Origin: Pseudomonadota bacterium
GTDB lineage: Bacteria; Desulfobacterota; Desulfobulbia; Desulfobulbales; CALZHT01
NCBI GenBank assembly: GCA_018823135.1
Contig: JAHJJF010000059.1
Location: forward strand, 444-64,443
Direction: 5' to 3'
Length of the DNA stretch: 64,000 bases
Made by a program: the position numbers and the translations under genes. The notes beneath the pieces were generated by a model. It saw only the letters and a program-made list of their open reading frames with translations. It ran no database searches and was not told where the DNA came from. Positions 28,456-38,575 of the stretch are shown one piece after another (the first letter of the stretch is position 1; each line of letters starts with the position of its first letter).

Positions 28456-29664
28456 ATGGCGTATTCAGTTAATAAATTGACCCAGGTAAATTCAGAAGAG
28501 GCACAAACCCGAATAACATGTGCCCCCAGAGTAGTCATGTGCTTTGATAAGTTAAAGGTAGGACTTAATGTTTTCTGGCGAAATCCAGCTTTTTTAGATC
28601 GTTTGGAAGTTATTAAACAAAAAGCTCAAGAAGGTGAAAACGATTCAATCCCCGTTGAAATTGAAGGTTTCAATTTTAATTGTATGCGGACAGGAACCAG
28701 TAGGTATACCTATCGGTTAATATCCGGAGATATCTCCGTCCTTCTTAATCGCCGCAAACACAATGACAGAACCCCCAATGTAAGAATTGAAATCGGCTCA
28801 ATTTCTTGTTGGAGCCCTGGTTACAAAAAACTGTATTCAGATCTTAAAAAGATACTTTCTATCTTTAGCGGCTCAATCGTTAAAGAAATTGTCTCTGAAG
28901 TTCACCTGGCAGTCGATCTGCTCAATGTTGACATCAATTCCCTCCCAATATCAGATCAAGATCACTGGATATCAAGGGCGCATAAATTCACTTCAAATTA
29001 TGACCATAAGAAATTCACTGGCATCACCCAGGGTAAAGGCAACCTGATGCTTCGAATTTATGACAAAATCATGGAGCTGCAAAATCAAAATAATAAACAA
29101 AAGGCGTTTAAAGATATTTGGCGCCTTAAATCTTTAGAAAACGCGGCTGTAACAAGAATCGAATTCCAAGTCAGAAGACCTGTTCTTCGAGAGTTTAAAC
29201 CCTCAATAAATACTCTTGAGAATCTTGAAAACACCCTTACATCTCTCTGGCAATATCTCTCTTTAGAGTGGAGCCAACTCACACTCAACCCAGTCGATAG
29301 AAACCATAACCAGTCAAGAGCTGTAATTCATCCTCTATGGGAGTTCATCCAGAGTCTTGAATGGGATGGTGACACTATTGTGAAAAGATCGAAGGTTTAC
29401 AGCTTAAAAGATGAACTAAGGCTAAGAAAATTGTTTGCCGGCGTGGGGAAGTCTATATCAGTTCTTTACGAATGCAAACCTGATGACATTGAAAAAATCA
29501 TTAATACAACCCAGGGAATTATTGAAAACGATATCCGTGAACAATTTTCAGAAAATCCTTCTGAGTTTATCCAAAACATGCAGCGCAAAATCAATGATAA
29601 CAAAATTCAATTTATTGACGAAAAGATACTCACCCCTGAAAGCGGGCAAGAGAATCAAACTTAA
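28456..29664 (+). CDS. Rep_trans-family rolling-circle initiator/relaxase
   Basis: 'EVHLAVD', 'LRIYDK..E' (catalytic Tyr), 'TRIEFQVRR' motifs; SD AGGAGG. Confidence 0.85.
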   Translation: MAYSVNKLTQVNSEEAQTRITCAPRVVMCFDKLKVGLNVFWRNPAFLDRLEVIKQKAQEGENDSIPVEIEGFNFNCMRTGTSRYTYRLISGDISVLLNRRKHNDRTPNVRIEIGSISCWSPGYKKLYSDLKKILSIFSGSIVKEIVSEVHLAVDLLNVDINSLPISDQDHWISRAHKFTSNYDHKKFTGITQGKGNLMLRIYDKIMELQNQNNKQKAFKDIWRLKSLENAAVTRIEFQVRRPVLREFKPSINTLENLENTLTSLWQYLSLEWSQLTLNPVDRNHNQSRAVIHPLWEFIQSLEWDGDTIVKRSKVYSLKDELRLRKLFAGVGKSISVLYECKPDDIEKIINTTQGIIENDIREQFSENPSEFIQNMQRKINDNKIQFIDEKILTPESGQENQT

Positions 29665-29675
29665 TTCCACCGACC

Positions 29676-29879
29676 ATGACTGTATCCATAGTTACAGAAA
29701 AAGATTTAATGCAGGCAACGGGTTACAAAAAACGTGCTGCCCTGGAAAGATGTCTGCGGAATCTGAAAATCAGTTTCCATATCGGGAATAAGGGACAAAT
29801 CTGGACAACTATGGATGCAGTCAATCAATCCTTGGGATTGCAAGATCCAACTCAAAATTCTGAATTGGAGTTTATGTGA
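29676..29879 (+). CDS. DUF4224-like small DNA-binding protein (putative excisionase)
   Basis: 'DL..ATGYK......L..L.I.F.....G.I.T' pattern, directly upstream of the integrase. Confidence 0.75.
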   Translation: MTVSIVTEKDLMQATGYKKRAALERCLRNLKISFHIGNKGQIWTTMDAVNQSLGLQDPTQNSELEFM

Positions 29880-29880
29880 T

Positions 29881-30900
29881 ATGGGAAGGAAACGAAAAAA
29901 GGAATTCGAGAAATTACCACCTTATGTCTATCTTGCTAAGGGTCGCTACATATGGAGACCTTATGAAGATGGAAAGCTCGGTAAAGAAATCAGACTTTGT
30001 AATGAAAAAGCCAGTTTCGCTGAAATCTGGTCAGCATATGAAACCATCACAGGACAAGAAAGAAATACCCTACGGTGGTTACTCAATGAATATACAATCT
30101 CTGATCAATATGGAAAATTAGCGTCCTCAACAAGAAAGGTGATGGAATATCAAAAAAATATTATCTGCTCCACACAATTAAGGGATGGCAGAAATTTTGG
30201 GACTTTACCTTTAAAACTAATATCCCCTGGTCTTATTCGAAAATATTTAGATAAACGGGCAAAAACAGCCCCAATTATGGGAAACAGGGAAATTGCCCTT
30301 ATCTCTATGGCTTGGTCTTGGGCCAGAGAAAGAGACATCTGCGGAGAAAATCCTTGTCTTGGTGTCCGTAAAATACAAGAAACACCACGAGATAGATACG
30401 TAACAGACGATGAATATAAACTTGTTTACAAGTTAGCGATTAAGACCGCCCCACCCTATATCCCTATAGGAATGGAAATTGCCTTTTTATGTCGAGCCCG
30501 TCTTGGAGAAATTCTCGACCTTCAAGACACAAACCTTCTTGAAGATGGATTGCTTCTGCAACGATCCAAGAAAAGTAAAACTCAAATCATTACTTGGTCG
30601 CCAAGATTGAAGGCTGCTATTAAGGCCGCCCAGAAGCTTAAAGGCGTTTCTTGGAGGAAATACATACTTCACAACAAACATGGACTTAGGATCAAAGAGC
30701 ATGCCTTTAAATCGGCATGGCAACGCCTTATCCATCGATGTTTGGAAAAAGGGCTTGAAGAACGTTTCACCTTCCATGATCTGAAAGCAAAAGGCGTGTC
30801 AGACTTCGAAGGAGATAAACAACTCGCCTCAGGGCATAAAACCGCCGCCATGGTCGAAGTGTATGACCGTAAACCTAAAAATGTGAATGCTACGAGGTAG
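29881..30900 (+). CDS. int: Tyrosine recombinase / phage-type integrase
   Basis: MGRKRK....LPPYVY N-terminus; catalytic R (ARLGE), K, HDLK, SGH, Y (VYDR). Confidence 0.95.
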   Translation: MGRKRKKEFEKLPPYVYLAKGRYIWRPYEDGKLGKEIRLCNEKASFAEIWSAYETITGQERNTLRWLLNEYTISDQYGKLASSTRKVMEYQKNIICSTQLRDGRNFGTLPLKLISPGLIRKYLDKRAKTAPIMGNREIALISMAWSWARERDICGENPCLGVRKIQETPRDRYVTDDEYKLVYKLAIKTAPPYIPIGMEIAFLCRARLGEILDLQDTNLLEDGLLLQRSKKSKTQIITWSPRLKAAIKAAQKLKGVSWRKYILHNKHGLRIKEHAFKSAWQRLIHRCLEKGLEERFTFHDLKAKGVSDFEGDKQLASGHKTAAMVEVYDRKPKNVNATR

Positions 30901-31165
30901 TTCCAGGAATTAAAGCAAATAAAGAGCAACTGCTATAATTTAATAAGGTAGGATCTGTGTATCGACTAAAATAGGTGCTCAAGATTTTCCCTTTGTCTCT
31001 TAATTTCTTTAGGGTGATCATAAAAACCAAATTTACATGTCATATACCCGGTTATTATAGCCCCAATAGAATTTAATATAGCTAATATAATAAATAAATC
31101 TTTCATCCAGTTCTCTCCATTTATATTTATTATAGCATATTGAACAAGTATACGATGTCAATATA

Positions 31166-32179
31166 TTATTTTTTTTTAAAAATTTTATCTAAAATCAAAA
31201 TATGACAAATTCGTGGAATCCATACAATAGTTTTCATGACAGCTGGATACTTCTCTGTTGTTTTTTCATCAACTTCCAGGACAAAACCAACTTCGGCTTT
31301 AAAACGAAGGGTTTCAAACAACCAATATGACAGCAATAAGGCCACGGAATAAAATAGCCAATGCTCTTTATGTATATCAACTATAAGTATATAAAAAGTA
31401 GAAGCAAGCAATAAAAACCCATAACAAAGGTGGCTCCGAATAATATATTTCAAACGATTTCTATATAGTAGCCACCCCGACTCATCTTCAATTCTCGCTG
31501 CACTTAAATGATTTTTCTCATTTGACGATGACCTAGTCGGTAAAATACATTGATCAAATATTTCTTGCCACTCATAAGATTCCTCTATAACTCGGTTAGA
31601 CCACAATGCGCCAACGAAAAAGGCAATCCCTATTGAAAAAAACATAAATGAGCTTTTCTCACTAATGAGCAGAAAGCCTAAACCAAAGAAGAAAGGTATA
31701 ATTACATCTAAACCAAATCTACCAATAGTCCTGCAAGGAGCTAAATAATTGATCAGTCTACCTCGCGCATAATCATCTACCAAAATAACAAAAAGAGTAA
31801 TCATAAAAACCAAGGAGCCAATCTCAGTCCAAAATTCATGATTTAATATCAAATCATCTAGGGCAAGGAAAAATTTTTCAGGAAATTTTAAATGTGAAGT
31901 TCTAAAAATATTTTTAAGTAATACCAATTGTTCTGCTAGGTGATAAAAGCCATAGCCTAAAATCACACCGTATTCCGCATCTAAGAAATTTCTGAGAGTA
32001 TAAAAGGGGGGGCTTAAAGTTTTATGGCATAAACCAGTCAACTTTTCTCCATCAACATCCTCATTCGCAGATTCATCTTTTTTGACTGGAACATTTCCCT
32101 GCTCACTCGTCCCTAAACCAAGATTAACGCTTTTGTTTTTGCTTTTTTGGTGTTTATTCTTTTTATGTTTATTAGCCAT
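31166..32179 (-). CDS. Hypothetical AT-rich polytopic membrane protein (element cargo)
   Basis: 337-aa ORF, about 6 hydrophobic segments, Lys-rich N-terminus. Confidence 0.7.
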   Translation of the reverse strand: MANKHKKNKHQKSKNKSVNLGLGTSEQGNVPVKKDESANEDVDGEKLTGLCHKTLSPPFYTLRNFLDAEYGVILGYGFYHLAEQLVLLKNIFRTSHLKFPEKFFLALDDLILNHEFWTEIGSLVFMITLFVILVDDYARGRLINYLAPCRTIGRFGLDVIIPFFFGLGFLLISEKSSFMFFSIGIAFFVGALWSNRVIEESYEWQEIFDQCILPTRSSSNEKNHLSAARIEDESGWLLYRNRLKYIIRSHLCYGFLLLASTFYILIVDIHKEHWLFYSVALLLSYWLFETLRFKAEVGFVLEVDEKTTEKYPAVMKTIVWIPRICHILILDKIFKKK

Positions 32180-32297
32180 TTGAATATAGAAGTAAAATTT
32201 GAAAAACGCTTAGGTCATTTATGTGACAGGATCTTACAATAAAGTTTCAATCAAGTCAACGCACAGATTTTTTTCGGATTTTTTTTCGGAAAACCAC

Positions 32298-32330
32298 AAA
32301 AAAAGGGATTACGGAAAACCGTAACCCCTT
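32298..32330 (-). terminator. Rho-independent terminator downstream of tRNA-Pro
   Basis: Hairpin followed by a U-tract on the minus strand. Confidence 0.8.
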
Positions 32331-32338
32331 GCTAATAC

Positions 32339-32415
32339 TGGTCGGGATGAGAAGATTCGAACTTCCGGCCCCTTGAACCCCATTCAAGTGCGCTACCAGA
32401 CTGCGCTACATCCCG
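32339..32415 (-). tRNA. tRNA-Pro(GGG)
   Basis: Cloverleaf CGGGATG...CATCCCG-A-CCA; anticodon arm CTTGA-ATGGGGT-TCAAG. Confidence 0.97.
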
Positions 32416-32432
32416 ATTGTAAAAAAATAGTT

Positions 32433-32506
32433 ATGAGTAATGAGTGATGAGAAATGAGTACAGTATCTTCAACACTCAGCACTCAGCACTCAGCACTCAG
32501 CACTCA
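32433..32506. repeat. Heptamer tandem repeats (ATGAGTA-like x4, then CACTCAG x4-5)
   Basis: Directly visible; the two blocks are roughly complementary. Confidence 0.8.
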
Positions 32507-32541
32507 AAGAACGCCTTACTTAACAGGCGGCTTGAACTCTG

Positions 32542-32919
32542 TCAATCTTCCTTTGATTTCTCAAGCAAACTTTTTAAATCCGCAAGCTCTGTCTTTATTT
32601 CCCTAAAGAGCTGCTTTTTGGATTCGATCTGGTTTCCGGACTGGATTTTGGGTTGCGGCTCGAGATTTTCCGCCAGAAATTTCCTGGCACCGGGGATCGT
32701 AAAGCCTTCCACCTTGAGCAGTCTTTTAATCCGCAGAATATTTTCTACATCAACCTTTCGGTACAGGCGCTGCTTGGAAGACGCCCGCTGAGGTTTGATG
32801 ATGGCGAATTCCGATTCCCAATAGCGAAGTACATGCTGCTTGACTCCGGTGAGCCGGCAGACTTCACTGATTTTAAAATAATTCTTCTCCGGAATGCTCT
32901 GCGAGGTCTCGGTTCCCAA
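32542..32919 (-). CDS. MerR-family transcriptional regulator
   Basis: 'YFKISEV...TGVK.HVLRYWESEF..IKP.R....RLY'; conserved position after ihfA. Confidence 0.92.
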   Translation of the reverse strand: MGTETSQSIPEKNYFKISEVCRLTGVKQHVLRYWESEFAIIKPQRASSKQRLYRKVDVENILRIKRLLKVEGFTIPGARKFLAENLEPQPKIQSGNQIESKKQLFREIKTELADLKSLLEKSKED

Positions 32920-33166
32920 CCTTTACACCCCCAAGAAAAAAAACATGTTACCAGGCTCGTCGATGAAATCGGTCTTTTCGAAGTCTCATTACATTCGCTA
33001 TCTACGATTTCATTAAAAATTCACCTCAACGAGAACACCTGCAACAACTTTGTGCCTTTGCCCCTTTGCCCCTTTGCCCCTTTGTGCCTGGACAACGAAC
33101 ATACTACTGGCTGAAAGCTGACCGTCTGAAGACGGTGTAAAGATTGACGCGAAACTAAGAAAATGC

Positions 33167-33469
33167 CTACGGCTTTTTTTCGTTATTAATCTTTTTCCGC
33201 AATCCCTTGCAAGGCTTGAAAGTCACCATACTTCTCTTGGTTATTTCCATAGCCTCTCCGGTACGGGGATTTCTCCCGGTCCGAGATGACTTGTTTCTGA
33301 CATTAAATGTACCGAAATGTACAAGCTTTACGGATTCTTCATTAAGGAGTTTCTGCTTTAATTTAGAAAAAACAGAATCAACAAGTTCGCCGGCACCACG
33401 CTGAGAAAAACCCATGGTCTCATGAATTGCTTTTGCCAGTTCCTTACGGGTCAGATTTGATCGTTTCAT
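33167..33469 (-). CDS. ihfA: Integration host factor subunit alpha
   Basis: 'FGTF.VR.K..RTGRNPRTGE'; downstream of pheT; start placed at MKRSN. Confidence 0.93.
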   Translation of the reverse strand: MKRSNLTRKELAKAIHETMGFSQRGAGELVDSVFSKLKQKLLNEESVKLVHFGTFNVRNKSSRTGRNPRTGEAMEITKRSMVTFKPCKGLRKKINNEKKP

Positions 33470-33476
33470 AAATCCA

Positions 33477-35897
33477 CTATACCTCACGTAACTTACCCTG
33501 AAAACGGGATACAAGTAAATTAGTAATATTTTTATGAACCGCGGCAACCATGTCATCCTCCAGAGTTTGCTCCCTGGATCGATAGGTTATGGATACCGCG
33601 ACACTTTTATATCCGTGTTCAACGGACTTACCTCTGAAGATATCAAAAATTTCCGCTTTCTCAACCAAAGGATTATCAAAGTCGGAAATTGTTTGCAGCA
33701 ATTCACCGCCGCCCACAGCTTCGGGAACAACGACGGCAATGTCCCATTTTACCGCCGGGAACCTTGGGAGGGGCTCAAATGCCTTGGACCGGGCTTTGAG
33801 TTCGGAAATCCGCGTAAGGCTCAGATCCATAAACAGCACATCCTGTTTGATTCCGAACTCCTTAAGAACATCCTTGGCAATATATCCGAAGCAACCGATA
33901 ATTACCTTGGCAGCCTTAAGATATAAACAGTTTCCATCCTTGGCATACGGCAGTTTTTGCTCATCAGCCGCAAAAGAAACAGTATCTAAACGTAATGCAT
34001 GCAACAGCGATTGGATTACACCTTTCAAATCATAAAGATCTGCTTTTTCCGTCCCGGCATAAAGCAGAGGAAAACCCTGGTTGCGCCTGCCGCTGATCAT
34101 CGCTGTGAGGCGTTGTTCCTCAAGTGGTTGCGGATCTTTTGTTGGTATAAAAACTTTTCCCAGCTCAAACAGCTGGACATCGACATTCTGATGATTGATA
34201 TTGCGTTTGACGTTTTCTAGAAGGCCTGGCACAAGACTCCTGCGCATGACGCTCTGGTCCTCGGCAAGTGGATTCATCAATCGGACGCAGTCCCTGCCGG
34301 AGTCATTTTTATCAAGGCCCAGCATATCAAAATGATTCTCAGAAACGAAACTGTAATTGATCGCCTCATAAAATCCCAGGGCGGTCATGATATCAGCAAC
34401 CTTCTTCCGGAGCCGGCGGCCGGTGCCGGTTTCAGGAAAACTCATGGGCGACACCGGAAGGGATATCGGGATATTATTGTAGCCTACAAGCCGCGCCACC
34501 TCTTCGATCAAATCTATTTCACGCTCGATATCAACCCTGAAACTCGGAGGCTCTATCGTCAGAACCTTTCCGTTGGTTTTTACTACATCAAACTCGATAC
34601 TTTGCAGAAGCTCTGAAATAACATCGGCGGAAATCTCCATGCCAAGCATATCGCAGACCCGCTGCACGCGAAGTGAAAGTTTTGGCTGAGCTGGTATTGC
34701 GCCGCAGCAGTCAACACCGTTTACGACAATTTCACCGCCGGCAATTTCCTGCATGAGCCGGATAGCCCGCTCCAGTGCAACAGGGATACCTTCGGGATCA
34801 ACGCCCCGCTCAAAACGATAGGAGGAATCCGTGCCCATATTCAAGCTGCGCACCGTCCGCCTGATGCTGATCGGCGAGAAATAAGCGCTTTCAAGAAGGA
34901 TATTTATGGTGTCATCTGTTACCTGTGATCCTTTGCCACCCATGACTCCGGCTATTGCCACAGGTTTTTCCGCATCGCAGATCATCAGCATCTCGGAGTC
35001 GAGCTGACGCTCTGTGCCGTCAAGGGATATAATTTTCTCATCGGGTTTGGCGTTGCGGACAATAATCTTTCCACCGTGCAACATATCAAAGTCAAAGGCA
35101 TGAAGCGGTTGCCCTAATTCAAGCATCACAAAATTAGTAACATCAACAATGTTATTGATCGGCCGCTGCCCCACGGCAAGAAGCCGTTTTTTCAGCCACC
35201 AGGGTGAAGGGCCGATGGTTACACCCTTGAGCATCCGGGCCGCATAGCGTGGGCAGGCTTCCTGGTCCAAGACATCAACGGAAAAAGGGATATTTTCCCC
35301 GGTCAATTCCGGCAGAGGACCCTGGACCGGATGATTTATTTTTTTGTTCACAAAGCCGCCGACCTCACGGGCAATACCGATAACGCTGGCACAATCCGGG
35401 CGGTTGGGAGTCAGATCGACTTCAATGGCGGTATCAGCAAGGCCCAGCACATCAACCAGGGATACGCCGCTTTCGAAATCCCCGGGAATTTCCATGATCC
35501 CGGAATGATCTTCGCTGACACCTAAATCTTTTTCCGAACAGAGCATACCTTCGGAAATCTCGCCACGGATCTTACTTTTCTTTATGATGAGTCCATTTTG
35601 CAGAACCGCCCCTGGCAGAGCAATGGCGGTAAGCATACCTGCACGGGCATTGGGAGCACCGCAGACAACTCTCCTGTTCTCAGCGCCCACCTGAATAGTA
35701 CAAACCGTTAATTTGTCGGCATCAGGATGTTTTTCAGCGGAAAGAATTTTTGCAACCTTGACCGTATCGCCCAAATCCCGGAAAAGTTCGCACACCGAAT
35801 CAACCTCAAGACCGGCCATGGTAAGCCGGTGGGACAATGCAGCTGCGGTCAGGCCGGAGTCAATATATTGCGAAAGCCATTCTGTGGTAAATTTCAT
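33477..35897 (-). CDS. pheT: Phenylalanine-tRNA ligase beta subunit
   Basis: HPDADKL, VCGAPN, LTPNRPDC, SSYRFERG. Confidence 0.98.
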   Translation of the reverse strand: MKFTTEWLSQYIDSGLTAAALSHRLTMAGLEVDSVCELFRDLGDTVKVAKILSAEKHPDADKLTVCTIQVGAENRRVVCGAPNARAGMLTAIALPGAVLQNGLIIKKSKIRGEISEGMLCSEKDLGVSEDHSGIMEIPGDFESGVSLVDVLGLADTAIEVDLTPNRPDCASVIGIAREVGGFVNKKINHPVQGPLPELTGENIPFSVDVLDQEACPRYAARMLKGVTIGPSPWWLKKRLLAVGQRPINNIVDVTNFVMLELGQPLHAFDFDMLHGGKIIVRNAKPDEKIISLDGTERQLDSEMLMICDAEKPVAIAGVMGGKGSQVTDDTINILLESAYFSPISIRRTVRSLNMGTDSSYRFERGVDPEGIPVALERAIRLMQEIAGGEIVVNGVDCCGAIPAQPKLSLRVQRVCDMLGMEISADVISELLQSIEFDVVKTNGKVLTIEPPSFRVDIEREIDLIEEVARLVGYNNIPISLPVSPMSFPETGTGRRLRKKVADIMTALGFYEAINYSFVSENHFDMLGLDKNDSGRDCVRLMNPLAEDQSVMRRSLVPGLLENVKRNINHQNVDVQLFELGKVFIPTKDPQPLEEQRLTAMISGRRNQGFPLLYAGTEKADLYDLKGVIQSLLHALRLDTVSFAADEQKLPYAKDGNCLYLKAAKVIIGCFGYIAKDVLKEFGIKQDVLFMDLSLTRISELKARSKAFEPLPRFPAVKWDIAVVVPEAVGGGELLQTISDFDNPLVEKAEIFDIFRGKSVEHGYKSVAVSITYRSREQTLEDDMVAAVHKNITNLLVSRFQGKLREV

Positions 35898-35950
35898 GGG
35901 CAGACAGTCGTCGGTCTTAAGTTTACTCTTAAAAAGTCCATGGTACCGCG

Positions 35951-36976
35951 TTAAAACTGCGACAGAAAACGTAGATCGTTTTCATAATACAGCCGGATAT
36001 CATTAATCCCGTATTTCAACATGGCGATCCGTTCGATACCGAGTCCGAAGGCGAATCCCGAATATTCTTCCGGATCATAGCCCACCATCCGAAAGACTTC
36101 CGGATCTATAAGCCCTGCTCCAAGAATCTCCAGCCAACCGGTTTGCTTACAGACCCGGCAACCCTTGCCTTTACAGATCACACAGGCGATATCAACTTCA
36201 GCGCTGGGTTCGGTAAAGGGGAAAAAGCTCGGCCTGAAACGAATGGCGGTCTGCTTATCAAACATCCTGGCAATAAATACCGAGAGCACACCCTTCAAGT
36301 CCGCAAAAGAAACTTTTTTATCCACCAGAAAACCCTCAACTTGATGAAACATTGGAGTATGAGTGATATCGGAATCGCAGCGATAGACTTTGCCTGGAGC
36401 AATTATTTTAAGCGGCGGCTTCTGGGTTTCCATGGCCCGAATCTGCATGGGCGAGGTATGGGTGCGCAGCAGGATGGACTCACTGATATAAAAAGTGTCG
36501 TGCATGTCGCGGGCCGGATGATGTTGGGGAATATTGAGCGCTTCGAAATTATAGAAATCCGTCTCAACATCCGGCCCTTCAACTACGGAAAAACCAAGCC
36601 CTTCAAAGATACCGCAGACTTCCTCCATTATCTGCGTAACCGGATGCAGCTTGCCGAAGGCATGAGACCTGCCCGGCAGAGACATATCCGCCAGAAGCGC
36701 GACATTGACGCCTTTTACGGCTGCAGTGCCGACCTCAAGAGCTGTGGCGGTTTCGGCTAATCTGCTCTCAATTTCTTTCTTGATCGCATTTGCCAGCTGA
36801 CCAAGCCTGGGTCTGTCTTCAGCGGACACTTCCCCCAGCTTTCGCATCAAAAGGGTTATGGCGCCGCCCTTACGGCCGAGATATTGAACCCTGAAGGGCT
36901 CCAGCTCCCCTGCATCGGTGCAGGCGGCAAGGCTGTCAAGGGCTTCGGTTTTCAGGCGAAGGAGTTCTTCTTCCAT
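35951..36976 (-). CDS. pheS: Phenylalanine-tRNA ligase alpha subunit
   Basis: HPARDMHDTF, LRTHTSP, FRPSFFPFTEPS; start placed at MEEE. Confidence 0.98.
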   Translation of the reverse strand: MEEELLRLKTEALDSLAACTDAGELEPFRVQYLGRKGGAITLLMRKLGEVSAEDRPRLGQLANAIKKEIESRLAETATALEVGTAAVKGVNVALLADMSLPGRSHAFGKLHPVTQIMEEVCGIFEGLGFSVVEGPDVETDFYNFEALNIPQHHPARDMHDTFYISESILLRTHTSPMQIRAMETQKPPLKIIAPGKVYRCDSDITHTPMFHQVEGFLVDKKVSFADLKGVLSVFIARMFDKQTAIRFRPSFFPFTEPSAEVDIACVICKGKGCRVCKQTGWLEILGAGLIDPEVFRMVGYDPEEYSGFAFGLGIERIAMLKYGINDIRLYYENDLRFLSQF

Positions 36977-37234
36977 AGCGGATGGTATTAGCAAGTATGT
37001 ATTGTGGCTTAAAAAAATACGAGCCAGAAACGAAAAAAAGTTTCCGGCTTGTCTTTAAATCAACAACAGGGGGGCTGTTATAATCCGGCAAAGCCGGTAA
37101 GTTTTCACTCTACCCTTCAAGCATAAGACTCTTTTAGAATCAAAACCAAATCAGCTTCAGCCTTCTGCGCGTGGGGTCTTTTAGCCAACCTGTGCAGATA
37201 ATTTCAACAAAGAACCCAAACAGTGCCTGGTGGA

Positions 37235-37582
37235 TTATGCGGTCGCCAGTTTAGTAACCTGTGAAAATGCCTTGGGATCCAAAATAGCCATATTGGATAG
37301 AACTTTGCGGTCCAACTCAATATTAGCTTTTTTCAACCCGCAGATCAAAGTGCTGTACGAAATACCGTTCAAGCGTGCAGCAGCGCCGATTCTTACAATC
37401 CATAATCTACGGAAATCACGTTTTTTGGTACGACGATCACGATAGGCGTAAACCAGCGCGCGGTCAACCGCCTCAGTGGCTGTCTTAAAAAGACGATGCC
37501 TGGCACCGATATAGCCTTTGGCCATTTTCAATATTTTGTTTCTTCTGTGGCGTGCTTTAAAGCCGCGTGTTACCCTGGGCAT
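37235..37582 (-). CDS. rplT: 50S ribosomal protein L20
   Basis: [26 protein letters not shown]. Confidence 0.98.
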   Translation of the reverse strand: MPRVTRGFKARHRRNKILKMAKGYIGARHRLFKTATEAVDRALVYAYRDRRTKKRDFRRLWIVRIGAAARLNGISYSTLICGLKKANIELDRKVLSNMAILDPKAFSQVTKLATA

Positions 37583-37636
37583 TAGACTTCTCCTTTATAT
37601 GTCATTAAATCACTTCCGGCACATACCCTGTTCATT

Positions 37637-37834
37637 TTACAGGTATGGCAGCATTCTCTTAACAGCCTTGACATTGGTCGGGTCAACGATGCCGGACTTG
37701 CGTAAATTTCTCTTTCGTTTGGTTGATTTCTTGGTAAGGATATGGCTGGCATAAGCCTTATTGCGGACGATCTTCCCGGTGCCGCTGGCTTTAAAACGTT
37801 TTGCCGCCGCTCTGTTGGTTTTCATCTTCGGCAT
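37637..37834 (-). CDS. rpmI: 50S ribosomal protein L35
   Basis: [14 protein letters not shown]. Confidence 0.98.
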   Translation of the reverse strand: MPKMKTNRAAAKRFKASGTGKIVRNKAYASHILTKKSTKRKRNLRKSGIVDPTNVKAVKRMLPYL

Positions 37835-38032
37835 GACATTCTCCATTCAAATTACAAAAGCTTTCGTTAAAAAATAATTAGTTTCAAATGCCACCTAATA
37901 ATTTCAATTAGCTACGGCATAAACAACGTCGGTATCGGCTACCACCTCAGCCGACGATTTAAACTCGCATAGTAATTTTGCAAGACCGACAAATTACAAA
38001 TTATATATAAATCAGACAGGAGCAAAAAAAAA

Positions 38033-38575
38033 TCACTTGGGCCCGACATACATGACCATCTGTCTGCCTTCCATTCTCGGCTCCTGTAGAATAACCGCAT
38101 CTTCTCCCAGATCTTCGGCTATTTTCTTTAGTACGTCCAAGCCGAGACTGTCTGCGTAAACTATTTCACGGCCCCGGAAACGGAGGGTCACCTTTACCTT
38201 GTTTTTCTGCGCCAGGAATTTTTTAATGTTCCTGACCTTGAAATCAAGATCATGTTTTTCCGTTTTCGGTCGAAGTTTTATTTCTTTGACTTCGACAACC
38301 GCCTGCTTCTTTTTTGCTTCCTGCTGTTTTTTACTCTGCTCGTAACGGAACTTACCGTAATCCATTATCCGGCAGACAGGAGGATCCGCAGTTGGGGACA
38401 CCTCCACAAGGTCCAATCCCGCCAGTTCCGCTTTTGCCAATGCATCTGGAACGGAAACAACACCAAGCTGACCGCCTTCTTCATCAATGAGCCTGACCGC
38501 ATCACATCGGATCAGATTACCAACCCGGGCACGGATTTCCCGGCCCTTGCTACTACTCTTTTTTTTGCCTTTAAT
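38033..38575 (-). CDS. infC: Translation initiation factor IF-3 (probable ATT start)
   Basis: PPVCRIMDYGK, KEIKLRP, FRGRE; GGAGGT SD 6 nt before an in-frame ATT. Confidence 0.96.
   Translation of the reverse strand: MKGKKKSSSKGREIRARVGNLIRCDAVRLIDEEGGQLGVVSVPDALAKAELAGLDLVEVSPTADPPVCRIMDYGKFRYEQSKKQQEAKKKQAVVEVKEIKLRPKTEKHDLDFKVRNIKKFLAQKNKVKVTLRFRGREIVYADSLGLDVLKKIAEDLGEDAVILQEPRMEGRQMVMYVGPK

Larger units (their letters stand above)
21881..32385. mobile_element. Integrative element (IME/satellite-like) inserted in tRNA-Pro(GGG)
   Basis: 47-bp att direct repeats, tyrosine integrase, DUF4224, Rep_trans initiator, XRE repressor, visibly AT-richer cargo; no capsid or conjugation genes. Confidence 0.92.

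Noticed and set aside
29815-29880. Extended integrase N-terminus from the ORF track
   Set aside because: It overlaps the DUF4224 gene; the family-typical MGRKRK start with a GGAG SD is at 29881
21881-32385. Complete prophage or ICE
   Set aside because: No structural, packaging, lysis or mating-pair genes
37000-37234. pheM-like attenuator leader
   Set aside because: A hairpin with a U-tract is present but no Phe-rich leader ORF was found
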